Positions 1 to 9,337 of a stretch of DNA of 55,074 nt are shown here, piece after piece. The notes below the pieces were generated by a model. That model worked only from the letters and a program-made list of their open reading frames with translations, did no database searches and was not told the DNA's origin. This stretch comes from an uncultured Clostridia bacterium (GTDB taxonomy: Bacteria > Bacillota > Clostridia > TANB77 > CAG-508): contig CAMKBC010000003.1 in assembly GCA_946410665.1 (NCBI GenBank), positions 1 through 55,074 of the forward strand, read 5' to 3'. A program made the translations under genes and the position numbers. Position 1 is the stretch's first letter; every line of letters begins with the position of its first letter.

Positions 1-1166
1 TCAATGCATTATTAAAAACATTAGAAGAACCACCAGCGCATGTTAAATTTATTTTGTGTACAACAGAACCTCAAAAACTACCAGCAACAATACTTTCAAG
101 ATGTCAAAGATTTGACTTCAAGAAGATATCAAGCGAAAAGATCGTAGAAAATTTAGATCATATTTGCAAAGAGTGTGGAATAAATTATAGTGGAAAATCA
201 TTAGAACTTATCGCTGAATTAAGTGAAGGCGCAATGAGAGATTCATTATCAATTCTTGAAAGATGTGTTCAAGATGGCGAGAATGAAATTAGTGAAGATA
301 AAATAAAACAATTAGTTGGAATTCCTGAAATAGAGATTACTTCTGGATTAGTAGAAGCAATCATTGATAAGGATCCAACAAAATCATTAGACATTACTCA
401 AAAGATTATTGATGAAGGAAAAAATACAATTAATCTACTTTGGGAAATGATTAAATATGTTAGAAACTTGATGTTGTTCAAAGCAACAAAGCAAGCATCT
501 AATGTTTATAATGAAAATGAAATAAATAAAATCACAGAATTGTCAGAAAAAGTTGATAAAGAAAGATTATTAAATATAGTTTTTGAATTATCAAAACTTG
601 AAAATGATTTAAGATATTCTTCACAAAAGAACATAGTATTCCAAGTTGGAATATTAAAGTTAAGTTCAGCAGATGAAGAAACAGTTGTAGTAAAAAAAAA
701 TAAAACAGTAGTTGAGGTAGCAGATGAAAAAGTTGAAGCTAGACCTCTTGCTAAACCAGCAGTAGAAACAACACCTAAAGCAGCTGTAAAACCTGCAACA
801 CCAAGAGTTGAAAATGTTCCAAAGCCAGAAACAATTACAGCGCCAGTTAAAGGCGAAGCACAATTTTGGAACAAAATAATTAAACAATTAAGAGAAGAGC
901 AAATGCCAGCAGTAGCATCAGCATTGACTGGAACACATGGATTTGTTGTAGATGATTTAACATTTGGAATTTCTGGAGTAGATGCATTTAAGAAGATGAT
1001 AATAGAAAAGCCAGAAAACCTTAGTGCTATAAAAAGATTAGTATCAATCGAATGCAAGAAAGATATGAGAATCCAATTTGTTGATCAACCAAAATCGGAC
1101 AATGCGAAAAAAGATGAAGGCAGTGCAACATTAGATTTAGGAATAGATATAAACGTAATAGATTAA
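1..1166 (+). CDS. dnaX: DNA polymerase III subunit gamma/tau (DnaX), 5'-truncated at the window edge
   Basis: The frame is open upstream of the listed ORF start. Codons from position 3 read NALLKTLEEPPAHVKFILCTTEPQKLPATILSRCQRF (clamp-loader box VII / SRC motif). A Lys/Pro/Ala/Val-rich linker and a C-terminal tau-type domain follow. Confidence 0.9.
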   Translation, partial: NALLKTLEEPPAHVKFILCTTEPQKLPATILSRCQRFDFKKISSEKIVENLDHICKECGINYSGKSLELIAELSEGAMRDSLSILERCVQDGENEISEDKIKQLVGIPEIEITSGLVEAIIDKDPTKSLDITQKIIDEGKNTINLLWEMIKYVRNLMLFKATKQASNVYNENEINKITELSEKVDKERLLNIVFELSKLENDLRYSSQKNIVFQVGILKLSSADEETVVVKKNKTVVEVADEKVEARPLAKPAVETTPKAAVKPATPRVENVPKPETITAPVKGEAQFWNKIIKQLREEQMPAVASALTGTHGFVVDDLTFGISGVDAFKKMIIEKPENLSAIKRLVSIECKKDMRIQFVDQPKSDNAKKDEGSATLDLGIDINVID

Positions 1167-1186
1167 AAAATAAGGAGGAATTTAAA

Positions 1187-1525
1187 ATGGGTAGAGGTGG
1201 ATTTCCAGGCGGAAACTTTGGTGGAATTAACATGAACCAATTAATGAAGCAAGCAAAGAAAATGCAAGCTGATATGGAAGAATCACAAAGAGAAATACAA
1301 GCAAAGGAATTTGATGCATCAACAGGTGGCGGAGCAGTTAATGTAAGAGTTAATGGAGCAAAGCAAGTTATTGAAATCAAAATCGATAAAGATGTTGTTG
1401 ATCCAGATGATGTAGAAATGTTACAAGATTTAATTATGACAGCTATCAACGAAGCAATGAAAAAGGTGGACGACGCTACAGCTTCAGAGATGGGTAAATA
1501 CAATATTCCAGGAATGGGATTCTAA
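1187..1525 (+). CDS. ybaB: YbaB/EbfC family nucleoid-associated protein
   Basis: 112 aa with NMNQLMKQAKKMQADMEE...GGGAVNV..NG...I.I motif. Sits in the conserved dnaX-ybaB-recR order. AGGAGG RBS upstream. Confidence 0.9.
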   Translation: MGRGGFPGGNFGGINMNQLMKQAKKMQADMEESQREIQAKEFDASTGGGAVNVRVNGAKQVIEIKIDKDVVDPDDVEMLQDLIMTAINEAMKKVDDATASEMGKYNIPGMGF

Positions 1526-1538
1526 TTAAGGAGAGAAG

Positions 1539-2138
1539 ATGTCAGAATTTTCACCATCAATTGAGAAGTTAATAGAAAGTTTTGAAAAGCTTCCAAGTAT
1601 AGGAAACAAGACTGCTATAAGACTTGCATTCTATATGTTAAACACAAGTGAAGAGCAGGCAAATGAATTTGTAAAAAGTATTCAAGATGCACGAAAGAAC
1701 TTAAAGTTTTGTTCGAAATGTTTTAACATATCTGATACAGATCCTTGTGAAATTTGTTCAAATGCAAAGAGAGATCAATCACAAATATGTGTAGTAGAAG
1801 ATGTTAAAGATGTAATTGCAATTGAAAAAATTCACGAATTTAAAGGCTTATATCATGTTCTTCATGGAACAATTTCTCCGATGGATGGAATTGGACCGGA
1901 CGACATTAGAATTAAAGAACTTTTAGCAAGACTTATGGATGGAACTGTTAAAGAAGTAATCTTGGCTACCAATCCTAAAGTAGAAGGTGAAGCAACAGCT
2001 ATGTATATTTCAAAATTAGTTAAGCCAATGGGAGTTAAAGTAACAAGATTAGCACACGGAATTCCAGTTGGTGGAGATCTAGAATATACAGATGAATTCA
2101 CATTAGGAAAAGCTTTAGAAGGCAGAACAGAATTATAA
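1539..2138 (+). CDS. recR: Recombination protein RecR
   Basis: 199 aa. N-terminal HhH ([14 protein letters not shown]), Cys4 zinc finger ([16 protein letters not shown]) and a Toprim-like C-terminal half. Confidence 0.95.
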   Translation: MSEFSPSIEKLIESFEKLPSIGNKTAIRLAFYMLNTSEEQANEFVKSIQDARKNLKFCSKCFNISDTDPCEICSNAKRDQSQICVVEDVKDVIAIEKIHEFKGLYHVLHGTISPMDGIGPDDIRIKELLARLMDGTVKEVILATNPKVEGEATAMYISKLVKPMGVKVTRLAHGIPVGGDLEYTDEFTLGKALEGRTEL

Positions 2139-2146
2139 TAGAGAAA

Positions 2147-2181
2147 CAAAAAAGACGCTTGATAGCGTCTTTTATTTTTTT
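2147..2181. terminator. Bidirectional rho-independent terminator between recR (+) and the convergent minus-strand operon
   Basis: Stem agacgct (2153-2159) pairs with agcgtct (2164-2170). A-run on the left, T-run on the right. Confidence 0.75.
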
Positions 2182-2182
2182 A

Positions 2183-2746
2183 TTATTTGCTGCTAAGTGA
2201 TTGTCTACAATATCCACAAACTCCAGTATCACCAACGATTGTATTGTTTGCACCACATTTTGGACAAGTAACAACATGAGAATGTTGAGCTTTATACTCC
2301 ATTTCCTTTACTCTAAAGTTGTTTTCTTTTTCAATCTCGGCATGTTTTACTTCGTTTCTTTCAATAGCACCTGACAACATATTTTTGAAACGAGTAAGCA
2401 AGTTGTTAAATAGTATAGAAACGATTAATGAAACGATTCCAAGAACAATTAAAGTAAAACCACAAGTTGTAACGTTATTCATATAGAATTCGTTGTTAAC
2501 AATATTTTTCAAAAATGCGTTAACAGCCATATCAAAGTGTAGTCCTTCAGATAATAGAAACAACCATCTAGGAATTAATAGAAGTAAACCAATTATAATT
2601 ATAGAAATTGATCCGCGTCTATCTTTTTTACTATTTGAAGTAATATATCTTAGAATCATTAGTAAAACTCCAAGTAATGGTGCTAGCAGTGTCGCAGCCA
2701 CAATAACTGGAACACTAACGATTATTTTTAAAAATAAACTACTCAT
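2183..2746 (-). CDS. Polytopic membrane protein with a C-terminal zinc-ribbon (CPKC...CGYC), function unknown
   Basis: I prefer the internal ATG (2744-2746) because AAGGAG lies 7 nt upstream. It overlaps the stop of the upstream glycosyltransferase gene (ATGAGTAG). Several hydrophobic helices, then VVTCPKCGANNTIVGDTGVCGYCRQ. Confidence 0.6.
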   Translation of the reverse strand: MSSLFLKIIVSVPVIVAATLLAPLLGVLLMILRYITSNSKKDRRGSISIIIIGLLLLIPRWLFLLSEGLHFDMAVNAFLKNIVNNEFYMNNVTTCGFTLIVLGIVSLIVSILFNNLLTRFKNMLSGAIERNEVKHAEIEKENNFRVKEMEYKAQHSHVVTCPKCGANNTIVGDTGVCGYCRQSLSSK

Positions 2747-3926
2747 TTGTATCTCCTTTTTTTTCATCAGTTTTTAGGTATTTGCCTTCGTTGTATGCAT
2801 TTAAAATTGTTGAACAAATATCTCTTGTTGAATTAGCTTTAGCAAGAAGCTTAGCTTTGATTTTCATTTGTTGTAATCTATCTTGATCAGCTAACAATTC
2901 TGAAATCTCTTTATTAATATCATCTTTCTTTTTTAACCAAAGCGCAATTCCCGCATCAACTAAGAATTCAGCATTTTGTTCTTCTTGGCCTGGAATAGGA
3001 TTAATAATAACCATTGGAAGTCCAGATACTAAACTCTCTGAAGATGTTAAACCGCCAGGTTTGGTAACAACCAAATTTGAAACACTCATTAATTCGGGAA
3101 CTTGCGTAGAGAAACCTTGAACAAAAACATTTTCTCCAGCGTTCTTTTCAGAAACAAGTTTTTCAAAAGCCTTCTTCATATCTTCGTTCTTGCCTGCGAT
3201 AACAACCATTTGATATTCGTCTTTTATATTATCAATAAATGCTTCAAGAATCTTCATAGTTCTATCGCCACCCAAACCAAATTCGCCGCCACCGAAGAAT
3301 AAGATTGTTTTCTTATCTTTAGAAAGGCTAAATGAATTTTTGATTTCGGTTTTATTAAAATTAGCAAGAAAACGATTTGATAAAGGAATACCAGTAGCAA
3401 AAATCTTGTTTTCGTCTATGCCTTTTTTAATAATACTTTGTCTCATGTTTTCGTTAGAAACAAAGATTTGATCTAAGAATTCATGGCATACAAGCCATTG
3501 ATTATGAGAAGCAAAGTCAGTCATAACACTTGCAATCATGCAGCTTATCTTACCTTTTTTCTTTAAATATGCACACATTTGTGAACTGAATGGGTGTGTT
3601 GAAATAATGATATCAGGCTTAACCTCATCAATCTTTTTAAGTAATTTTTTAGACATCATTCTATTACTAAAATTACTTATAGCAGAGATAAATCCTTTTT
3701 CGGATTTGAAATAAAATTTACCCCAAGCCCAAGGCATTTTTCGAGCCATGCCATTATAAGCACCAACAGTTATCTTTTCGATTCTTGCATTAACATACTT
3801 CATACAATCGCAGATATCTGTTTCAGCTTCTTTATAATTATCGTCAATATATTGCTTGATTGATTTGGCGGCTGATAAATGACCACCACCATAACAAGCA
3901 TAAAAAACTAATACTTTCATTTTCAC
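2739..3926 (-). CDS. MGDG-synthase / GT28-family glycolipid glycosyltransferase (UgtP-like diacylglycerol glycosyltransferase)
   Basis: 395 aa. N-terminal YGGGHLSAAKSI motif typical of the MGDG synthase domain. C-terminal GT28-type region (KPGGLTSSESL...PGQEEQNA). Confidence 0.75.
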   Translation of the reverse strand: MKMKVLVFYACYGGGHLSAAKSIKQYIDDNYKEAETDICDCMKYVNARIEKITVGAYNGMARKMPWAWGKFYFKSEKGFISAISNFSNRMMSKKLLKKIDEVKPDIIISTHPFSSQMCAYLKKKGKISCMIASVMTDFASHNQWLVCHEFLDQIFVSNENMRQSIIKKGIDENKIFATGIPLSNRFLANFNKTEIKNSFSLSKDKKTILFFGGGEFGLGGDRTMKILEAFIDNIKDEYQMVVIAGKNEDMKKAFEKLVSEKNAGENVFVQGFSTQVPELMSVSNLVVTKPGGLTSSESLVSGLPMVIINPIPGQEEQNAEFLVDAGIALWLKKKDDINKEISELLADQDRLQQMKIKAKLLAKANSTRDICSTILNAYNEGKYLKTDEKKGDTNE

Positions 3927-4013
3927 CTCGTTAGTTTTAAATTAACCTACTTTGTTATACCATAACCGACTTTATAATACAAGAAACCAAGCCTAACGAA
4001 AAGGCCGAAAATA

Positions 4014-4042
4014 TTGAAAAAAGAGGCGAAATGATGTAAAAT
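4014..4042 (+). promoter_or_regulatory. Candidate sigma-A promoter for the hydrolase-murF-ddl-yqeK block
   Basis: TTGAAA (4014-4019), 17-nt spacer, TAAAAT (4037-4042), in the divergent intergenic region. Confidence 0.45.
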
Positions 4043-4094
4043 ATAGAGGACTTTGTGATTAATTAATCTAAAGGGGATAATACTGGAATTCGTA

Positions 4095-4877
4095 ATGGAG
4101 AAAACAGTGAAAATCGAAATTAATAATAAAAATATTAATTATGATGTAGTTGGAGAAGGCAAAGAAGTAATTTTACTTCACGGCTGGTTAGCAAACTTAG
4201 AAACAATGCGTCCAATTGCAAATATGTTAAAAGATAATTTCAAATGCTACCTAGTTGATATTGTTGGCTTTGGTAAGAGTGATAAAATTGACGAGCCTAT
4301 GAACTCAGACGATTATGGTGATTTTGTCAAAGATTTTATGCAAGCACTCAATATCAAGAAACCAATAATAATAGGGCATTCAAATGGTGGTAGAGCTGCC
4401 ATTGACGCCATAGGTAGAGGAATAGTTGAATGTGAGAAACTTGTATTAATTGATAGTGCGGGTTTGAAAAAGAGACATAGTTTAATGTGGTACTTAAAGG
4501 TTTACACATATAAATTAGGAAAGCTAATATTAAACATTATGCCTCAAACTAAATACATAAAAGAATCAAAAGAAGAGTATTTCAAGAATGCAGGAAGTAA
4601 TGATTATAAAGCATCATCTCCTGTTTTGAAGCAAACAATGAACAACATCTTAAACGAAAGCCAAGTTGAGAACTGCAAAAAAATCAAATGTCCTACACTT
4701 CTAATTTGGGGTGGAAAAGACACAGCAACTCCGGTTTATCAGGGAAAGAAAATGGAGAGATTAATACCAGATGCCGCCTTGGTTGTATACAAAGATGCAG
4801 ATCACTTCTCATACTTAAATCACTTAAATGAAGTTTCACTAGTATTAAATTCCTTCTTAGGAAAGGAGGGAAAATAA
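4095..4877 (+). CDS. Alpha/beta-fold hydrolase
   Basis: 260 aa. HGW oxyanion region (ILLHGWLAN), nucleophile elbow GHSNGG and a late D..H (DADHFS). Its stop is 1 nt from the murF-like start. Confidence 0.75.
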   Translation: MEKTVKIEINNKNINYDVVGEGKEVILLHGWLANLETMRPIANMLKDNFKCYLVDIVGFGKSDKIDEPMNSDDYGDFVKDFMQALNIKKPIIIGHSNGGRAAIDAIGRGIVECEKLVLIDSAGLKKRHSLMWYLKVYTYKLGKLILNIMPQTKYIKESKEEYFKNAGSNDYKASSPVLKQTMNNILNESQVENCKKIKCPTLLIWGGKDTATPVYQGKKMERLIPDAALVVYKDADHFSYLNHLNEVSLVLNSFLGKEGK

Positions 4878-4878
4878 T

Positions 4879-6471
4879 ATGAAGATAGCAATGATTATTT
4901 TATTAATCTCACTTTATGCTCTTGTAGAATTTTACTTAATAAGAGCAATGAGAAATGGCTTTCATATTTTACAACTTGAAAACTATCATAGAGATAGATA
5001 TTCGAAATGGATAAAAGAAAATAAAGCAAAATCATATCCGTTCTTTAGAATGTTAATAGCAATGCTTCCAATATTCTTTATATGGAATGAATTAGCTTTG
5101 ATTATTTCATCAATAGTATGTTTACTATTTAACATTATCGGAACAAAGAAGAAAAAAGAGAAAAAAGAATTTGTTCTAACGAATAGAATGATTCGAGAGT
5201 TCATAATAGCAAGTATAGTATGGTTAATAGATGCAGTTGCAAGTGTTACTACATATATCTTAATAAAACCAGACTTTGTAGTTATTTATATAGGAACTTT
5301 AGTTGTAGCATTAATTCAAATATTCACATACAGATATGTACATTTAATTGATTTGATTAATGCACCAATTCAAAATCATATCAGTAAAAAGTTTTTAAAT
5401 AACGCAAAAAACAAATTAGCTGAAATGAAGGATTTAACTGTAATCGGAATCACAGGAAGTTTTGGAAAAACAAGTACAAAACATGCTGTTACAACTATTC
5501 TTTCACAAAAATTTAATCCTATAATGACACCTGGAAGTTACAACACACCAATGGGAGTTACAAGAACAGTTAATGAAATGTTAAAAGCAACAAATGATAT
5601 TTTTGTTTGCGAAATGGGTGCTAAATATGTTGGAGATATTAAAGAAATTTGCGATATAGCAAAGCCTACAATCGGTATTGTTACTGCAGTAGGACCAATG
5701 CATTTAGACACATTTAAAACAATAGACAATGTAAGAAAAACAAAATTTGAATTAATAGATAGTCTTCCGGAAGATGGAATCGCCATCGTAAACTGGGAAG
5801 ATGAAAACATTAGAAATACAGAAATTAATAGACCATTTATCAAATATGGTTTATCAAGCGAAGCGGATTATTATGCAGAAAATATCGAAATGAATGAGAA
5901 CGGTTCAGAATTTGATGTTGTTATGCCAAATAAAAACCAAGTTAGAATCTCTACAAAATTATTAGGAGATTTAAACATTCTTAATATCGTCTGCGCAGTT
6001 GCAGTTGCTGATCAATTAGGAATGAAAGAAAATGAAATTAAACTTGGAGCAAAATACTTAAAACCAGTTGAACACAGATTACAACTTAGAAGAAATTTAA
6101 ATGGATCATTAATAATTGATGACGCATACAACTCAAATGTTAAAGGTTCAAGAATGGCACTTGATGTTTTAAGTAATTTTAAAACAAGAAAGAAAATATT
6201 TATCACCCCAGGAATTGTTGATTTAGGGGATAAGTCAGACGAATATAACAAAGATTTAGGAAAGTATGCTGCAGACAAATGCGACATTGCAATATTAGTT
6301 GGTGAGAAACAAGCTAAGCCAATAAAAGAAGGATTATTGGAAGAAGGAATGAATGTAGATAAAATATTTGTAGCAGAAAATATCAACGTAGCGATTACAA
6401 TTATGGCACAAGAAAGTGATGCCAATTCAGTAGTTTTACTAGAGAATGATTTACCTGATAATTATCTATAA
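4879..6471 (+). CDS. murF: Mur ligase family protein, MurF-like, fused to an N-terminal multi-helix membrane region
   Basis: P-loop GITGSFGKTSTKH plus the central and C-terminal Mur ligase domains (DDAYNSN, ITPGIVDLG). About 165 hydrophobic N-terminal residues take the place of the usual soluble N-domain. Confidence 0.75.
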   Translation: MKIAMIILLISLYALVEFYLIRAMRNGFHILQLENYHRDRYSKWIKENKAKSYPFFRMLIAMLPIFFIWNELALIISSIVCLLFNIIGTKKKKEKKEFVLTNRMIREFIIASIVWLIDAVASVTTYILIKPDFVVIYIGTLVVALIQIFTYRYVHLIDLINAPIQNHISKKFLNNAKNKLAEMKDLTVIGITGSFGKTSTKHAVTTILSQKFNPIMTPGSYNTPMGVTRTVNEMLKATNDIFVCEMGAKYVGDIKEICDIAKPTIGIVTAVGPMHLDTFKTIDNVRKTKFELIDSLPEDGIAIVNWEDENIRNTEINRPFIKYGLSSEADYYAENIEMNENGSEFDVVMPNKNQVRISTKLLGDLNILNIVCAVAVADQLGMKENEIKLGAKYLKPVEHRLQLRRNLNGSLIIDDAYNSNVKGSRMALDVLSNFKTRKKIFITPGIVDLGDKSDEYNKDLGKYAADKCDIAILVGEKQAKPIKEGLLEEGMNVDKIFVAENINVAITIMAQESDANSVVLLENDLPDNYL

Positions 6472-6539
6472 AAAGAGTTATAAGAGAAACAATAATTATT
6501 GCGTCTCAACGTTATCAAGAAATCAATGAAAGGGAAAAA

Positions 6540-7745
6540 ATGAAAATTAAATTAGGAGTTTTCTTTGGAGGAAAATCAGTAGAACACGAAATAGCTGTTA
6601 TTACAACAAGCCAAGCTTTGGAAGCAATTAATAAAGAAAAATATGAGATTGTTCCAATCTATATTTCAAAGAAAGGTGTACTTTACACAGGAGATGCACT
6701 TTTAGATTTACAAGAATTTAAAGACATGGATGCATTATTAAAGAAATGCACAAAAGTTGCAGTAGTTAATGATGGAGAAAGTGTAAAAGTACTTAAAGTT
6801 CCAGCACCTGCATTTGGAAAACAAGTTATCAATACAATTGATGTTGCGTTCCCAATCGTACATGGAACAAACTGCGAAGACGGTACAGTAGCAGGATACT
6901 TAAACTTATTAGGACTACCATTCATCGGACCAGATGTTGTTTCATCAGGACTAGGAATGGATAAAATCTTCATGAAGAAAGTATTAAAGGAATCAGGAAT
7001 TCCTGTAGTAAATTATTATTCATTCTATAGTGAAGAATATGTAAATGATGAAGAAAAAATAAGAAAAGAAATTAATGATAAATTAAAATATCCATTAATT
7101 TGTAAACCAGGAAACACAGGCTCAAGCGTTGGAATCAAGAAGGTTTCAACACCAGAAGAGTTAGCTGAAAAGATAGAATACAGTATGCAATTCTCAGATA
7201 GAATTTTAGTTGAAGAATGCGTACAAAATTTAAAAGAAATTAACTGCTCAGTAATGGGCAATTTAAATGAAACAGAAGCATCAGTTTGCGAAGAACCATA
7301 TTTCTCAGATGAAATTTTAAGTTACACAGACAAATATATGGGTGGATCAAAAACGGGGGATTCTGAAGAAAAAGGAATGCAAGTTTCTGATAAGAAATTA
7401 CCTGCTGATATTCCAGATGAAAAGAGAGATGAGATTCAACACTTAGCACAAGAAACATTCAAACTATTGGGATGTAGCGGTGTTGGAAGAATTGATTTCT
7501 TAATGGACAGTAAAACAGGAAAAGTATATGTAAATGAAATCAACACAATTCCAGGTGCTTTATCATACTATTTATGGGAAGCAACAGGAAAGAGTTTCGA
7601 AAAAGAAATCGATGAATTAGTACAAATAGCATTAAGAAGAGATAGAGATAAAAACAAATTAACATTCTCTTATGACCAAAACATTTTTGCACTATCAGGT
7701 GGTGCAAAAGGTGGAACAAAGGGTTCTAAAGTTTCTAAAAAATAG
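6540..7745 (+). CDS. ddl: D-alanine--D-alanine ligase (long form)
   Basis: 401 aa. FGGKSVEHEIAV, HGTNCEDGTVAG and an ATP-grasp core ending in NEINTIPG. Carries an insertion (GGSKTGDSEEKGMQVSDKK) before the conserved PA motif and a Gly/Lys-rich C-terminal tail. Confidence 0.9.
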   Translation: MKIKLGVFFGGKSVEHEIAVITTSQALEAINKEKYEIVPIYISKKGVLYTGDALLDLQEFKDMDALLKKCTKVAVVNDGESVKVLKVPAPAFGKQVINTIDVAFPIVHGTNCEDGTVAGYLNLLGLPFIGPDVVSSGLGMDKIFMKKVLKESGIPVVNYYSFYSEEYVNDEEKIRKEINDKLKYPLICKPGNTGSSVGIKKVSTPEELAEKIEYSMQFSDRILVEECVQNLKEINCSVMGNLNETEASVCEEPYFSDEILSYTDKYMGGSKTGDSEEKGMQVSDKKLPADIPDEKRDEIQHLAQETFKLLGCSGVGRIDFLMDSKTGKVYVNEINTIPGALSYYLWEATGKSFEKEIDELVQIALRRDRDKNKLTFSYDQNIFALSGGAKGGTKGSKVSKK

Positions 7746-7754
7746 GAGTTTATT

Positions 7755-8336
7755 GTGGTAAGTATCGAAGAATTAAAAGAAGAACTTAAAACAATTTTAG
7801 ATGATCATCGCTATATACATTCAATTGGTGTCATGGAATCATGTGAAAAGTTAGCTAAGAATTATAATCTAAGTGAAGAAGACACAGAGAGATTAATGAG
7901 GGCTGGATTAATGCATGACATGGCAAAGCATATGTCTGCTGAAGAATCAATTAAGTATTGTGAAGATAATAATCTAAAAGTTGATTATATTGAATCAGTT
8001 TTACCATCACTTTTACATGGTAAAATAGCAGCAGATATGTGCAAAAAGAAGTATGGGTTTGACGATGAAATGTGTGAGGCAATAGAGTTTCATACAACAG
8101 GCAGAATGAATATGACAATCTTTGATAAGATCTTGTTCTGCTCAGATAAAACAGAGGAAAGAACTAGAGACTACGAAGATGTAGAACATTATAGAGCTAC
8201 TCCTTATAGAGATTTAGATGAATCAATAATTGAAATTATAGACTATATAATAGACGACGCAGTTAAAAATAATAGGGTGTTTCATGAATTAAGTGCACAA
8301 ACAAGAAATTATTTATTGCTTAATCGCCAAAAATAA
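7755..8336 (+). CDS. yqeK: HD-domain protein, YqeK-type (bis(5'-nucleosyl)-tetraphosphatase family)
   Basis: GTG start 6 nt after AGGAG. RYIHSIGV...GLMHDMAK HD motifs. 193 aa. Confidence 0.7.
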   Translation: MVSIEELKEELKTILDDHRYIHSIGVMESCEKLAKNYNLSEEDTERLMRAGLMHDMAKHMSAEESIKYCEDNNLKVDYIESVLPSLLHGKIAADMCKKKYGFDDEMCEAIEFHTTGRMNMTIFDKILFCSDKTEERTRDYEDVEHYRATPYRDLDESIIEIIDYIIDDAVKNNRVFHELSAQTRNYLLLNRQK

Positions 8337-8375
8337 GGTATAATTCGGAAAAGTTAATTGTTACTTGTGGAGGAT

Positions 8376-9248
8376 ATGATGGTTTTCAAAGACTACTACA
8401 AAATATTAGGTCTTGATTCTAATAAAGTAACAGAAGATGAAATAAAAACTGCTTATCGTGAGCAAGCAAAGAAATATCACCCAGATATGAATGTTGGCAA
8501 CACAGATTATGAAGAAGTTTTTAAAGATATAAATGAAGCATATAGAATTCTATCAGTAGATAGAACTAAAAGAAAATATGATTTCCAATGGAAAAGATAT
8601 TCAGGAAAAGAATCAAAGACTACTACAAAAGACGAAAAGAAATCATTGAAAGATAATTTAATAGGAATATTCTTAGGTGAAGAAAACACTCCAACAAAGA
8701 AAGAAAAAGTTAGAGTAGCACCTAAATATGGTGAAGATATAACAACAAGAATTGATGTTTCTATCGAAGAAGCATATTTCGGAGTTAATAAAAAACTACA
8801 ATTAAAGAATATTGATGGCAAAGATACATCTGTAGATATTCGAATCCCAGATGGAGTTCAAAGCGGAGAGAAGATTAGATTAGTTGGCTATGGAAAACCG
8901 GGCAAAAACGGCGGAAAGAATGGCGACTTAGTAGTAGTGATTAACATCAAAGATTCAAGAAATCTTCACATAGAAAGAAACAACCTAGCAACAATGCTAC
9001 CACTAAAAGTGTGGGAAGCGGCTCTAGGAACAACAAAAACAATAGAGATTTTAAATGAGAAAATTTCTATAATTATCCCTGAAAAAACCAACAGCAACCA
9101 AAATATTATTATTAAAGGAAAAGGATATAAGGCTGGCGAGGATAAAAGGGGAGATTTAAGAGTAATAACACAAATAGTTTTCGACAAAATGGACGATAAA
9201 ACAAAGAAATTATATATGGAATTAAAAAACAACGATACCAAAGGATAA
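8376..9248 (+). CDS. DnaJ-domain co-chaperone without a zinc-finger domain (CbpA-like)
   Basis: J domain DYYKILGL...KKYHPD followed by DnaJ C-terminal beta domains (GEDITTRIDVSIEEAYFG..., GDLVVVINI). The start is either of two adjacent ATGs (8376 or 8379) just after GGAGG. Confidence 0.75.
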   Translation: MMVFKDYYKILGLDSNKVTEDEIKTAYREQAKKYHPDMNVGNTDYEEVFKDINEAYRILSVDRTKRKYDFQWKRYSGKESKTTTKDEKKSLKDNLIGIFLGEENTPTKKEKVRVAPKYGEDITTRIDVSIEEAYFGVNKKLQLKNIDGKDTSVDIRIPDGVQSGEKIRLVGYGKPGKNGGKNGDLVVVINIKDSRNLHIERNNLATMLPLKVWEAALGTTKTIEILNEKISIIIPEKTNSNQNIIIKGKGYKAGEDKRGDLRVITQIVFDKMDDKTKKLYMELKNNDTKG

Positions 9249-9262
9249 TCTTTGGTATCGTT
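9231..9262 (+). terminator. Hairpin overlapping the DnaJ-like stop codon (possible terminator)
   Basis: 13-bp stem: aacgataccaaag (9231-9243) pairs with ctttggtatcgtt (9250-9262). The trailing T-run is weak. Confidence 0.5.
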
Positions 9263-9337
9263 GACTTTTACGGGAAAAAATACTATAATTATATTGTGTT
9301 TACTTATGAAAAATGATTTGGAAAGAGAGGATTAAAA

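Noticed and set aside
506-1503. Minus-strand ORFs 506..1057, 666..887 and 1027..1503 opposite dnaX and ybaB
   Set aside because: They lie antisense to genes with unmistakable conserved motifs. Their translations are low-complexity (Ser/Phe/Cys-rich) and have no RBS. These are typical shadow ORFs.
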